From Octopus sinensis (Eukaryota), in contig NW_021829221.1 of NCBI RefSeq assembly GCF_006345805.1, forward strand, positions 1-6,864: a stretch of DNA of 6,864 bases. The letters run 5' to 3'. The position numbers and the translations under genes were made by a program. Below the pieces are notes generated by a model that was not told where the DNA came from, made no database searches, and saw only the letters and a list, made by a program, of their open reading frames with translations. Numbering within the stretch: position 1 is the stretch's first letter; the number at the start of each line of letters is the position of its first letter. This document shows, piece after piece, positions 6,792 to 6,864 of the stretch.

Positions 6792-6864
6792 GGCACTGAG
6801 TTGGCAGAACCGTTAGCACGCCGCGAAAAAATGCTTAACAGCATTTCGTCCTTCTTTACATTCT
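6792..6864 (+). mobile_element. Same SINE family, copy D (cut by the window end)
   Basis: GGCACTGAGTTGGCAGAACCGTTAGCACGCCG is collinear with the heads of copies A and C. Confidence 0.85.

Noticed and set aside
6176-6864. Repeated about 200-bp units as a CRISPR array, satellite or tRNA gene cluster
   Set aside because: The units are diverged SINE copies with different tails. There is no repeat-spacer periodicity, and the heads have A/B boxes but no intact cloverleaf that I can fold.

Overview
Non-coding, repeat-saturated eukaryotic DNA. The SINE families look like those of Octopus or another coleoid cephalopod; this is recognised from memory, not from a database search. I see no intact host gene, and nearly all ORFs in the track are read-throughs of microsatellites. 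The real coding relics are missing from the ORF track because they are broken: (i) a decayed CR1/L2-type LINE ORF2 C-terminal fragment on the minus strand (1571-1830), and (ii) a frameshifted Penelope-like element (PLE) Cys-rich linker plus GIY-YIG endonuclease on the plus strand (4102-4514). Downstream of the PLE stop codon is a minimal type I hammerhead ribozyme fold (4647-4718) with a compensatory U3-A8 core in place of C3-G8. Other features: a full-length tRNA-derived CORE-like SINE (minus, 1163-1570); a head-to-tail stack of four copies of a second tRNA-derived SINE with three different tails (6176-6864); a near-perfect 127-bp spacerless palindrome (335-461) carrying the same GAAACCGGT hammerhead half-motif; and many simple or cryptic repeats.
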